A stretch of DNA of 64,000 bases from an uncultured virus (IMG/VR IMGVR_UViG_3300007512_000010) (lineage: Duplodnaviria > Heunggongvirae > Uroviricota > Caudoviricetes), in IMG/VR virus record IMGVR_UViG_3300007512_000010, positions 1 to 64,000 of that record. The stretch is one strand, 5' to 3'. Below are positions 25,336-33,710 of the stretch, one piece after another. The translations under genes and the position numbers were made by a program. Below the pieces are notes generated by a model, which was not told the DNA's origin, did no database searches, and saw nothing but the letters and a program-made list of their open reading frames with translations. Within the stretch, counting starts at the first letter, position 1. Each line of letters opens with the position of its first letter.

Positions 25336-27155
25336 TCGGTAAACTAGAAGAGCTACGCCTTCGGACAGAGCAGGTGAAGGAACACAAGAAGACCGCCGAT
25401 ATCACCAAAGAGGCCGTAATCCAGCGTCTTGTTAAAATGCTTTCCCGCTCTAAGGCGGAGAAGACCGTTAAGCATGCTGGTAACCGGGGCACTAGTGCCG
25501 AAATGACACGGCAGAAGGAAGAGAAGAGGAAGAAAGCTGACATCATCAAAGAGGGCATCGCCACACAGACAGGGGGGCGTCCTGGTCAGGGAATAACTGC
25601 TATGGGTACCGGCATGGCTCCGTACCAGTTCATGGCACAGCCACAGGTAGCACAACAGTCCGTAGAGATTGCGGGACGAAATCTGAGAACAGCGTGGCCT
25701 GGATTGACCGCTGCAGCTAAGAGTACCTCCCCCATGAAACGAAACCAGGGAAGTATCAAGGCGTCTGTTAAGCGACAGAACCCGACAGCGGCGAAGGGTG
25801 AGCTTTTAAGCCGGTCTGCCGCGCTACAACAGAAAGACCCCGCGCAGCTAATCGACCAAGGCGGTCAGATGAAGGCGGCTTCTGTTAGTTTAGTAGTAAT
25901 GAACCAGCAGGCCGCTTCCGCATTAGCAGGTAATAGCGACATGGAGAAGGTGGCAATTGGTGGCCTTATCCGATTCGGAGGGGCTGCGTGGAAGGCTCTA
26001 CGTCGCGGTGGCGGTCTCAGACGGGCTATCAGTTCTGGCGGTGCAGCACGAACGCACGGTACGCGTGCAACGCGTGCGGCTCGGAGGGCAAGGCAGGCAA
26101 GGTCAGCGCACGACGCTTCGTACCTTCCACGCGGTCGAGAGGCTGCGGAAGCTCTTAGTGGGGCAGGTCACTCTGCAAATACTCTAGCGCACATACGACG
26201 TACCGGCAGACTTCCGGACGTAGTCCGTAATATTCCCGCCGTTCCCGCCAGGACTTCTAGGCTTCTTGATGCTGCCGGTAACCCAATAACCACAGCAGCG
26301 ACAGCAGCGCGTACCGTCACCACTAGAGGAGCTAAAGTTCCAGGGCTTGTTCGAACATCGACAGGCGCAACTACAGTAGCAAAAACCAACCCCGCAGCCA
26401 CTGCAGGTCGCCTTGGTCGAGCAGGCCACCGAATGAAAGAGACCCTAAAGGGCGCTAGACACCGTCTGTTTGGTGCCGGGACCGGAATGAGGAACGTCTA
26501 TAAAACCAAGGACGGCGTAGAGTTCCTAGGCTCTCGTACGGGCGGGCTGGCGAACCTAGTTCCCTTCGGAAGATCCATTCTTAGGCCGGGTAACACTAAG
26601 CGTGGTGTGGAGTTGGTTAAGCGTTGGGATGAGACTGGCGGTATTGTCCCTCGTATGCTTAAGGGCATGGGAAGAGGTGGCACCCGTGGAGGCCTTTTCG
26701 GGTATGGAGCTTCTTATGCGGCTAATCGAGAGGCTGATTGGAATGATCCAATGCGGATGAACATGGCCTTGGGCGGTGCGCTGCTCGGGACCACTTTCCA
26801 TGGCGGTAAGCTTCTTTCCCCGGCCTCGATAGGTGGTACGGGCTTGAATATCGCGGCGGATCAAGGACTTCTTGGTGATCGTGCGCGAAACGCAGCCTGG
26901 GGGAAAGGGCTCGCTGACGCTAGGCCGCTCTATGAACGCCAACAGATACACAACAGACAGCGATATGGAACCAGTGCGATGCGTGCCCTCAGGGGGCACC
27001 AAGGTACCCAACACCGCCGCCGTAACGCGGATCGGCTAGAGAGACAGGGCGTCGGGAACACCGCTGCACAGGCGAACTGGGAGGCACTCCAGCGCCAGCG
27101 AGCAGATAATCTAAATCAGATAGGCGCGGGCAGACAAACTCGTCTAACACGCTAA
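25332..27155 (+). CDS. Arg/Gly-rich highly basic K-x-A family protein (607 aa)
   Basis: KKTAD, TKEAV, MKAAS and MEKVA in the N-terminal third, followed by a strongly cationic body with C-terminal Gly-rich hydrophobic segments. Confidence 0.7.
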   Translation: MIGKLEELRLRTEQVKEHKKTADITKEAVIQRLVKMLSRSKAEKTVKHAGNRGTSAEMTRQKEEKRKKADIIKEGIATQTGGRPGQGITAMGTGMAPYQFMAQPQVAQQSVEIAGRNLRTAWPGLTAAAKSTSPMKRNQGSIKASVKRQNPTAAKGELLSRSAALQQKDPAQLIDQGGQMKAASVSLVVMNQQAASALAGNSDMEKVAIGGLIRFGGAAWKALRRGGGLRRAISSGGAARTHGTRATRAARRARQARSAHDASYLPRGREAAEALSGAGHSANTLAHIRRTGRLPDVVRNIPAVPARTSRLLDAAGNPITTAATAARTVTTRGAKVPGLVRTSTGATTVAKTNPAATAGRLGRAGHRMKETLKGARHRLFGAGTGMRNVYKTKDGVEFLGSRTGGLANLVPFGRSILRPGNTKRGVELVKRWDETGGIVPRMLKGMGRGGTRGGLFGYGASYAANREADWNDPMRMNMALGGALLGTTFHGGKLLSPASIGGTGLNIAADQGLLGDRARNAAWGKGLADARPLYERQQIHNRQRYGTSAMRALRGHQGTQHRRRNADRLERQGVGNTAAQANWEALQRQRADNLNQIGAGRQTRLTR

Positions 27156-27183
27156 CTATGTCTAAGGTTTATTGGAGAAAGTA

Positions 27184-28044
27184 ATGAGCGACATGATTAA
27201 AACAGCACAAGAGGAGACCTGGGGCGTTGCCCTAAATGATGGTATTCCTACTGAGTTGCGCCTTAGATTGGCGAGGGCTTTTAACAAGAAGGCCATGACC
27301 AAGTCTGCTTCCGTACAGGAGAAGGCTTTGGATTGGACTACCAAGGTTGCCTTTATCCAAGAGCTACACGACGTCGACCCAGAGTTTGTGAAGATGGCGT
27401 GGAGAGCGCCGGGTTGGATGAGAAGTGCTGGTAATTTCGTTAAAAATAACTGGGCTGACATTGCTCTCACCGGTGCGATGTTTGTTCCCGGCTTGAATGT
27501 GGCCGCTGGTCTTGGCCGCGCCGCAATGCTCGGTTATCGTGGATACAGAGTAGCAAGGGGTGTTCAAGCAGCCCGTCGCGCAAAACAGGGTCTAACGGGC
27601 GTTAGAGCGTTGTCGTCAAGTGTCCGTGGAATGGGCCGTGCTGCTAAAGCTGGTACACACACATTTGCGCGGGCTCCGGTGAACCCAATTAACCGTCAAA
27701 TCGGGATGCTTGGGTCTAGAGGAACTACTATGACTGGCCGCATCGCTTCCCCAGGTGCACGGACGTGGGGCAGAGGCGCTGGTGGTCAAGGAGCGCAGGC
27801 CTGGAACACCCTGAGCAGAGGTCGCAAGGCACTACGAGGCGGTGCGATAGGCCTTGCTGGGCTGGACTTAGCGATGGCTCCGGGACAAGCCCGAGACACA
27901 GCGAGGGGTCAAGGCGTCATGCGGCAGGCCCTGGGTGGTCGGGCTCCAGGAATCCCACAAGCGCAACAGCGCGGAGGAGCTTACCGACCTAATCAGTACG
28001 GGACAGGCGCGATGAGATCAATCCGGACTACTTCGGGGAGATAG
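27184..28044 (+). CDS. K-x-A family protein with charged leader and Arg/Gly-rich cationic body
   Basis: ATG at 27184 after GGAGA. IKTAQ, TKSAS, TKVAF, VKMA, then about 214 aa with only three acidic residues. Confidence 0.7.
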   Translation: MSDMIKTAQEETWGVALNDGIPTELRLRLARAFNKKAMTKSASVQEKALDWTTKVAFIQELHDVDPEFVKMAWRAPGWMRSAGNFVKNNWADIALTGAMFVPGLNVAAGLGRAAMLGYRGYRVARGVQAARRAKQGLTGVRALSSSVRGMGRAAKAGTHTFARAPVNPINRQIGMLGSRGTTMTGRIASPGARTWGRGAGGQGAQAWNTLSRGRKALRGGAIGLAGLDLAMAPGQARDTARGQGVMRQALGGRAPGIPQAQQRGGAYRPNQYGTGAMRSIRTTSGR

Positions 28045-28046
28045 GG

Positions 28047-29009
28047 ATGGCAGACGTATACGTACATTGCAGGTCAGAGATTGGTGGCGGTGGAGACCCG
28101 CTTGCCAATGTGTACGTATCTCTCCACCTACCTAGCACCTTTGCCGCCATTACAGGCGGATTAACTGATGCAGACGGCATAGTATTTTTAGGAGATCAGG
28201 CGGTAGATGAGTATGAGATTCATCTTACACCGCCCTCTGGAGCCACGATATCTGACGGGAATCTTCAGACCGTTGAGGTGGTCGATACAGATCCCCATGT
28301 ATTTGATGTTGTTATAAATGATACCGCGCTGGCCGTGGCTACAGATGAGCACTTATGTAGATGTTCAGGTTATTTTATCGACCCGTATGGGGTTCCTGTT
28401 CAGGAATTAACGATACGCTTTTCGGAAGCTGAAACAGCACTACCTAATTTAATATACTATGCGGGTAATAGTAGGTCTCACCTGCTCATTCCTCGTGTTC
28501 GGATTGTGAAAACAGACTCGGACGGGTTTGCTTCTGTAGACTTATTGAGGGAAAAATTTTATAGCGTTTACATGGAGGGGTACGAGAATATCTTGAGAGA
28601 GATTCAAGTCCCTGATGCCGCGTCGGCCCATTTACCAGATGTCATATTTCCCGTAGTGGACGGAATAGAGTATACGGTGGTGGACGCTCCAGGTGAAATT
28701 GTTGGGGCTGTATTAACCTATAATACCCCCACTATCGCTTTGAGTGTCGGCCAGACAGCCGAGCTTACGCTAAAAACTACGTATAGAAGTAATCTAAAAC
28801 TTGACGGCGTTCTAGATGTCCTGCTTAGTAACTCTGATGATGAAGTTATTAGCATGTCGTTGACAGACTCTACTCTTATAGTAGAGGGTCTGTCCGCAGG
28901 AACAGCAGAGGTTGAAGTTGCCCGAGTCGAGCCAGGAACAGGAAGTGGAATCACCATCTCCCCTGAGCCTACGATTCGGGGAGCCCTTGGTGTCACCGTC
29001 AGTAACTGA
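28047..29009 (+). CDS. Acidic beta-rich putative structural protein; paralogue of 24088-25335
   Basis: GLTDADGIVFL...YEIHL; LCRCSGYFIDPYGVPV...VKTDSDGFASVDLLRE...REIQVP parallels the motifs of 24088; C-terminal Ig-like (Big_2-like) segment. Confidence 0.6.
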   Translation: MADVYVHCRSEIGGGGDPLANVYVSLHLPSTFAAITGGLTDADGIVFLGDQAVDEYEIHLTPPSGATISDGNLQTVEVVDTDPHVFDVVINDTALAVATDEHLCRCSGYFIDPYGVPVQELTIRFSEAETALPNLIYYAGNSRSHLLIPRVRIVKTDSDGFASVDLLREKFYSVYMEGYENILREIQVPDAASAHLPDVIFPVVDGIEYTVVDAPGEIVGAVLTYNTPTIALSVGQTAELTLKTTYRSNLKLDGVLDVLLSNSDDEVISMSLTDSTLIVEGLSAGTAEVEVARVEPGTGSGITISPEPTIRGALGVTVSN

Positions 29010-29322
29010 TCTAACCGCAGAATACTCGCAGACCTATTCGGGAAGACCAACTCCTTGGTTTATTCGTTTATGGGCTGCTGTTGTGCGTAGAGCGGCGGTG
29101 GATTATGTTCTATACAAAGAACACGAGACGACTAAACTCCGAAAAATAGGTAAGGATGCAGAGCAGTGGATATTCTCAGACGAGACAGACGCGTTAAGTT
29201 CTTTTGAGTCCGTTTGTGACATACTGGACCTAGACTCTAGCTTGGTCAGAAGTAAGATCATGAAGCTGGGTGAGGATGACGCCCGGAGGCTACGCGGCAT
29301 GGAGTTTGGTGATGACTGGTAA
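28990..29322 (+). CDS. Small helical phage protein, possibly DNA-binding
   Basis: GTG start after GGGGAG. LWAAVVRRAAVDY...DAEQWIFSD...SFESVCDILDLD resembles a recurrent small phage protein pattern. Confidence 0.55.
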   Translation: MSPSVTDLTAEYSQTYSGRPTPWFIRLWAAVVRRAAVDYVLYKEHETTKLRKIGKDAEQWIFSDETDALSSFESVCDILDLDSSLVRSKIMKLGEDDARRLRGMEFGDDW

Positions 29323-32269
29323 ATATTCAAGTGAGGAGCTAGATCAGGGAAGGGAAGCACTCTCTACGTCGCTAGAGATCCTAAATCGACGAGGTGTCCA
29401 AAACGCAGATGACCTCGTAGATAGCGCGAAAGACTACATCTACCGGTGTGTAAATTCAGATGTAGACTCTGTTTACGCTCTTTTGGGGCTACACAGAAAT
29501 CGTGAAGTAATCGCCTGCTCTAAGCTGCTTACAGAGCTTTTGGAAGCGGTGCGTTTGTCTTCGTACGCACACCAAGAGGAAGCCACTACAGACCCTAGAA
29601 AGCTTGCGGAAATAGCCTCCCTTATGGAGGAGATAACGACAGCGGGGGCAAAAAGGAGAGACCTGCTTATTGCAGAGCTTGAGACTAAAACTGCTGATAT
29701 GATTCGTAATAATCAGGCTTCCTCTGGGGCCTTGATTATGGGGACTAGCGCTTCTACGGCTAAGGCGAAAATAAAAGAGGTGGCGAGCAAAGTTCGACTC
29801 AACCTGCCGAGTATTGTCGCTGCGGCAAAGAGCTTTACTGGGGGCGTCTCTTCCTACATGAACGCAGACTATGAGTCGGTGAGTTCGTCGTTACAGACGC
29901 GAACCGCCCTCTCTCAAATGGATACTAATATAGTAAATGGGGGAGCAGACCCACAGCAGGTCTTGTTAGAGTCAGCGATCTCTTCGTCGCTTATTAAGCA
30001 CGCCGCTAAACCAAAGAGAGACATAACAGTACCGAAGTACGAAGGGGTGGTTACTACGCTTTCTGGGGACAGTGCTGTTCTCGATGGGGGGACCGACCCC
30101 TTTATCGTGCTCGACGTCGGTGACGCCATGGCCCAGATTTCTGCCGATGGCTCCGGAATACCAAACGTTCGTGTGGAGGCTGCGCTAGCCGGTACGGGTA
30201 GTTTGTCTTTTACGCCCACCCTTGAACGCTCGGAGTCTGGTGCGATGATTGAGGGTCTCGATGCGGTCGATAAAGTAGGTGAGCTACTCCATATGCAGCT
30301 TGTCTATTTAAAGACCCCCATTGTGCCGGGGACTGTCAGAATCATCATTTCAGTAAAGGACGAGGGTACTGGTGACATTCTCACATATGAAGCAATGGAC
30401 GAGTCTGATGGGGAAACCTATCCGGGCGTGCACACAGAAGGAAAGATAGTCTTGATGACGGATCCTTCCGTGAAGATCGGTGGCATCCAGTACCAATATG
30501 GGGCAGTAAGCCTTTCCATCGCCGCTGGTGACGGCGTCTACCAATCCCTAGAAGACATCACCCCCACACACGATTACTACTTTCACGGGAGCGTTCATTG
30601 TACGTATACCTACCTAGCGATAGGGTCGATGGTGAATTGGGAGGCGGCTAATATTACCTCTTGGGAGGACTACATAAACAAGTCTACGAGATTCAATACG
30701 TTTGAAGTTATTGTCGGTAACTACAGGTACGCCGCAGTGATGGACGAGCCTATGGAGGAAGACACTGACTCGTACCCAGTGATGATTAGTACTGTAGAAG
30801 AACTACGGACGCTGCTAAATGATTCGGTGGCAACAACGTGGTTTAAGACAACCTCTACCGGTACTTCTGAAGAAACGGAGTCTCCCGTAGAGTTTTCGGT
30901 CGACGGGGCTAAGTTGGTTGTTACAGCGAAACAGGCGTATGGGGGGAGTGCTGCGCGAGTCACCTTCCCAGAGATTACCCAGTTAGCTGTTAACACAGGA
31001 ATAGAGGCCCCAAGGTATGTGGGGGTTCCCACAACTATCAACGACTTTTTGGGCCTTTCGCATTCTTTGGTTGGCAACCACTTTGGGTCCGATACCCCGT
31101 TTTCTGCACTAGTTCTGGTTGATGCCGATGAGCTTACAAGGCTTACTGTTAATCGGGCCAGGGTAGGTTCTGGGGCTTATGGAACAGCGTATTCTTGGGA
31201 GGAGGGGCTTGATAGTGGTGTTGGGGTGTACTTGATAGAGATTCCTGAGGACACTGCTGTTGGGGATGATGTGTATGAGACCTCCGTTGGGTGGCACAGT
31301 AAAGTTTCCGCTATAGAGGAGGTCGTAGATAGCACCACAGGAGAAAGCACTAAGTACGCTAAGCTTTCTCCCGAACCCCCCTTGTCTATTTCAAGCTCAG
31401 GAACCGCTGTAAATTACTCTGCACAGGTTTCGTGCACGGTAAGGGTTACCAGAGATAAGATACGGCTATCTTCCGTTAACTCGGAATCTGAGAGTGCGTT
31501 AACGGTAGAGACAGAGGCGTTGGGGTTCTCTGGGTCTGAGACGGGGTTTTCTCTGTCGGTGTCCCTTGGGAGTACTGTCAGCTTAACAGACGTAGCAACG
31601 CTCCCCGCATATAACATCAAACCGAGAGACGTAGTATCGGAGGAGGTGGCTCCAGGCCAGTACCGGGAAATCGGTAGCGTTGGGTTTGTTGAGGGGACCA
31701 ATATTACCATTGTAATAAATGATGAGGTGTCCCACCAGTACCCCTTCCAAAATTTACGTATCGAGGCTTTAGGGGCAGCTAGCTTTAACGAGCTACGTCT
31801 GGGGATGATCCAGACCACGTCTGATTTAAGCCAGATCAGCGCGGAGGAGTATGCGGGGTTAGCTAACACATACGCCACTTCCGGTTCTGCGCAGGGACGT
31901 TTTGTAAGCCAAACACTCGCCTTGTTGGACACCATTTCCTCGCTAAGGAATACCTATCTAAAATATGATGCACACGTGGTAAACACGGTAAACATGCTGT
32001 TAGAGTACTTAAAGCAGGAAAAACTGACAGTAATGTCTGACCTGCTACTGGGAGCCAACTTTTCCAGAGTACCTCAGCTAACTCCGCAGGAGATTGCCAG
32101 TCAAGGAGACGTTGAATCTATGCTAGATCAAGCAGCTAATCTATTTGGATCAAATGTGGCTAGCGTTGAGACAAGAGCAGGATTTAATGTTCTTACGGAC
32201 TACGTCCAGAGGGGTGAGGACAATAACGTAGAGATCAAAGGCCCGCCCAGGGACGATTATTTGGGGTAA
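29312..32269 (+). CDS. Large acidic putative baseplate/tail structural protein
   Basis: ATG 29312 after GGAG. Helical ends and a beta-rich core; PIVPGTVRI...GGIQYQYGAVSL motif also appears in the J-like gene; baseplate context. Confidence 0.55.
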   Translation: MTGKYSSEELDQGREALSTSLEILNRRGVQNADDLVDSAKDYIYRCVNSDVDSVYALLGLHRNREVIACSKLLTELLEAVRLSSYAHQEEATTDPRKLAEIASLMEEITTAGAKRRDLLIAELETKTADMIRNNQASSGALIMGTSASTAKAKIKEVASKVRLNLPSIVAAAKSFTGGVSSYMNADYESVSSSLQTRTALSQMDTNIVNGGADPQQVLLESAISSSLIKHAAKPKRDITVPKYEGVVTTLSGDSAVLDGGTDPFIVLDVGDAMAQISADGSGIPNVRVEAALAGTGSLSFTPTLERSESGAMIEGLDAVDKVGELLHMQLVYLKTPIVPGTVRIIISVKDEGTGDILTYEAMDESDGETYPGVHTEGKIVLMTDPSVKIGGIQYQYGAVSLSIAAGDGVYQSLEDITPTHDYYFHGSVHCTYTYLAIGSMVNWEAANITSWEDYINKSTRFNTFEVIVGNYRYAAVMDEPMEEDTDSYPVMISTVEELRTLLNDSVATTWFKTTSTGTSEETESPVEFSVDGAKLVVTAKQAYGGSAARVTFPEITQLAVNTGIEAPRYVGVPTTINDFLGLSHSLVGNHFGSDTPFSALVLVDADELTRLTVNRARVGSGAYGTAYSWEEGLDSGVGVYLIEIPEDTAVGDDVYETSVGWHSKVSAIEEVVDSTTGESTKYAKLSPEPPLSISSSGTAVNYSAQVSCTVRVTRDKIRLSSVNSESESALTVETEALGFSGSETGFSLSVSLGSTVSLTDVATLPAYNIKPRDVVSEEVAPGQYREIGSVGFVEGTNITIVINDEVSHQYPFQNLRIEALGAASFNELRLGMIQTTSDLSQISAEEYAGLANTYATSGSAQGRFVSQTLALLDTISSLRNTYLKYDAHVVNTVNMLLEYLKQEKLTVMSDLLLGANFSRVPQLTPQEIASQGDVESMLDQAANLFGSNVASVETRAGFNVLTDYVQRGEDNNVEIKGPPRDDYLG

Positions 32270-32271
32270 TT

Positions 32272-32691
32272 ATGTCAGACGACGCAACACGACCAGAAGA
32301 AAACCAACGAGAAATTCTCGCTGGCGCATCGGCTGAGTACAAAGCTCAGATGAAAATTGCTTCTATGCTTGAAGACGCGCTCGCGTCAATTAGGGCATAC
32401 GCGAGGACACACGATTATTTCGTGGGGTACTCCTTGGCTGAAGTGATTGACGACAAGCTAAATGTTATCGGGTCAGATGATTCGAAAGACGAGGACTCTG
32501 ATGCCTTTATCCCAGGAACCATTGCCACAAGGACAAAGATATCGCAGGTGAATTATATTTGGGGCCTTCTCTTGGGAACTGATGAGGGGGCAAGCGCCGA
32601 GAGCGGCGGAGCCATAGGTTTAGCAGCAAATGCTGAGAATGTGAGTGACCTCGCCGTTACAGAAGATAACGAAGATTCGGGCGCAGTCTAA
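32272..32691 (+). CDS. Hypothetical acidic protein (139 aa)
   Basis: ORF inside the baseplate gene run; TAATG coupling to the next gene. Confidence 0.65.
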   Translation: MSDDATRPEENQREILAGASAEYKAQMKIASMLEDALASIRAYARTHDYFVGYSLAEVIDDKLNVIGSDDSKDEDSDAFIPGTIATRTKISQVNYIWGLLLGTDEGASAESGGAIGLAANAENVSDLAVTEDNEDSGAV

Positions 32692-33698
32692 TGATTGATT
32701 TGCAAGCAGTTTATGTGCGAGAGGTGGCCGAGTTAACCTCAGTTCGGTTGGGGGTGATGGTTCGGATCGAGGACGTTGCTGTTGCTGGTGTTACTGACGT
32801 TCTTTTAAATGGGGTGTCTTCCGAGTTCTTCGCCCTGTCAGTTAGTTCTTTAATGGTTGCTATTCCGGCGTCTTTTTTGAAGAAAACAGAAGATCACGAC
32901 TTCAGTAGAACCGCTTACGGGTATGTGGCTAGCGGCATTAATAACGTTCAAATTATCCGGGCGTACACAACTGAAGAAGGGGAAGAGTACCAACAAACAA
33001 ATACGATTGTTTGGGATGAGGGGGAGACCGTGTCTACGATGTCTCCTGCTGGAACCCGGAGAATCACTTTGGACACAGGGGTTCTCTACGTAAATGGACA
33101 TAGCCTTGATAAGGCCGTGAGGGTCCGGGTGAATAATAAGGAGATGCCCTTCTTGATTAAGTCTCCATCACAGATTCTGACGACACTTCCGGAGAACGAT
33201 AAAGACATCCACGCTGTTGATGTTATCACTACAGCCAAGAGGATAAATCGAGAGACTTTCTTCGAGTACATGATGGGGGCTGAATTTAGGATTATTCGTG
33301 GCCCGTTTAAGCTGGTACAACAGTTCGTGAAATGTTTACTTACGACACCGGGGTCGGATGTATTTAACAAGAGTCTAGGCGGTAATATGCAGAATTGGGT
33401 GGGGCAACGAGTAAACCCTAAGTCTCCTCAAACGTTGGTAGCTAAAACGATTATGAACGTTGTTCAGGTTGGCCAGCAAATGTCGACAAGACAGATTATG
33501 TCTAATGCGCCTGCGGATGAGAGATTAAGTGATGTACAGGTTCTTAATGCACAGTTGGATCCAAATGATCCGACGATGATGAATTTGTCCATCAAACTCA
33601 ATACTTACGCAGGTAGGGCCGCTTTTTTCAGTATGATAATAAGCGAAGTTGCGGAGTTTGCAGAAAACTACGAATCTTCAGGACCGACCTATTTCTAG
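32691..33698 (+). CDS. Baseplate wedge protein with C-terminal gp25/gpW-like domain and N-terminal IPT-like domains
   Basis: GPFKLVQQFVKCLLTTPGSDVFNKSLGGNM...ERLSDVQV...MNLSIKL is gp25-like; sits immediately upstream of the J-like gene. Confidence 0.65.
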   Translation: MIDLQAVYVREVAELTSVRLGVMVRIEDVAVAGVTDVLLNGVSSEFFALSVSSLMVAIPASFLKKTEDHDFSRTAYGYVASGINNVQIIRAYTTEEGEEYQQTNTIVWDEGETVSTMSPAGTRRITLDTGVLYVNGHSLDKAVRVRVNNKEMPFLIKSPSQILTTLPENDKDIHAVDVITTAKRINRETFFEYMMGAEFRIIRGPFKLVQQFVKCLLTTPGSDVFNKSLGGNMQNWVGQRVNPKSPQTLVAKTIMNVVQVGQQMSTRQIMSNAPADERLSDVQVLNAQLDPNDPTMMNLSIKLNTYAGRAAFFSMIISEVAEFAENYESSGPTYF

Positions 33699-33710
33699 TG
33701 GGTAAAAATT

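Noticed and set aside
27158..27184. 8-codon ORF MSKVYWRK overlapping the 27184 start
   Set aside because: Too short to support; it could be chance or a translational coupler, and nothing distinguishes these.
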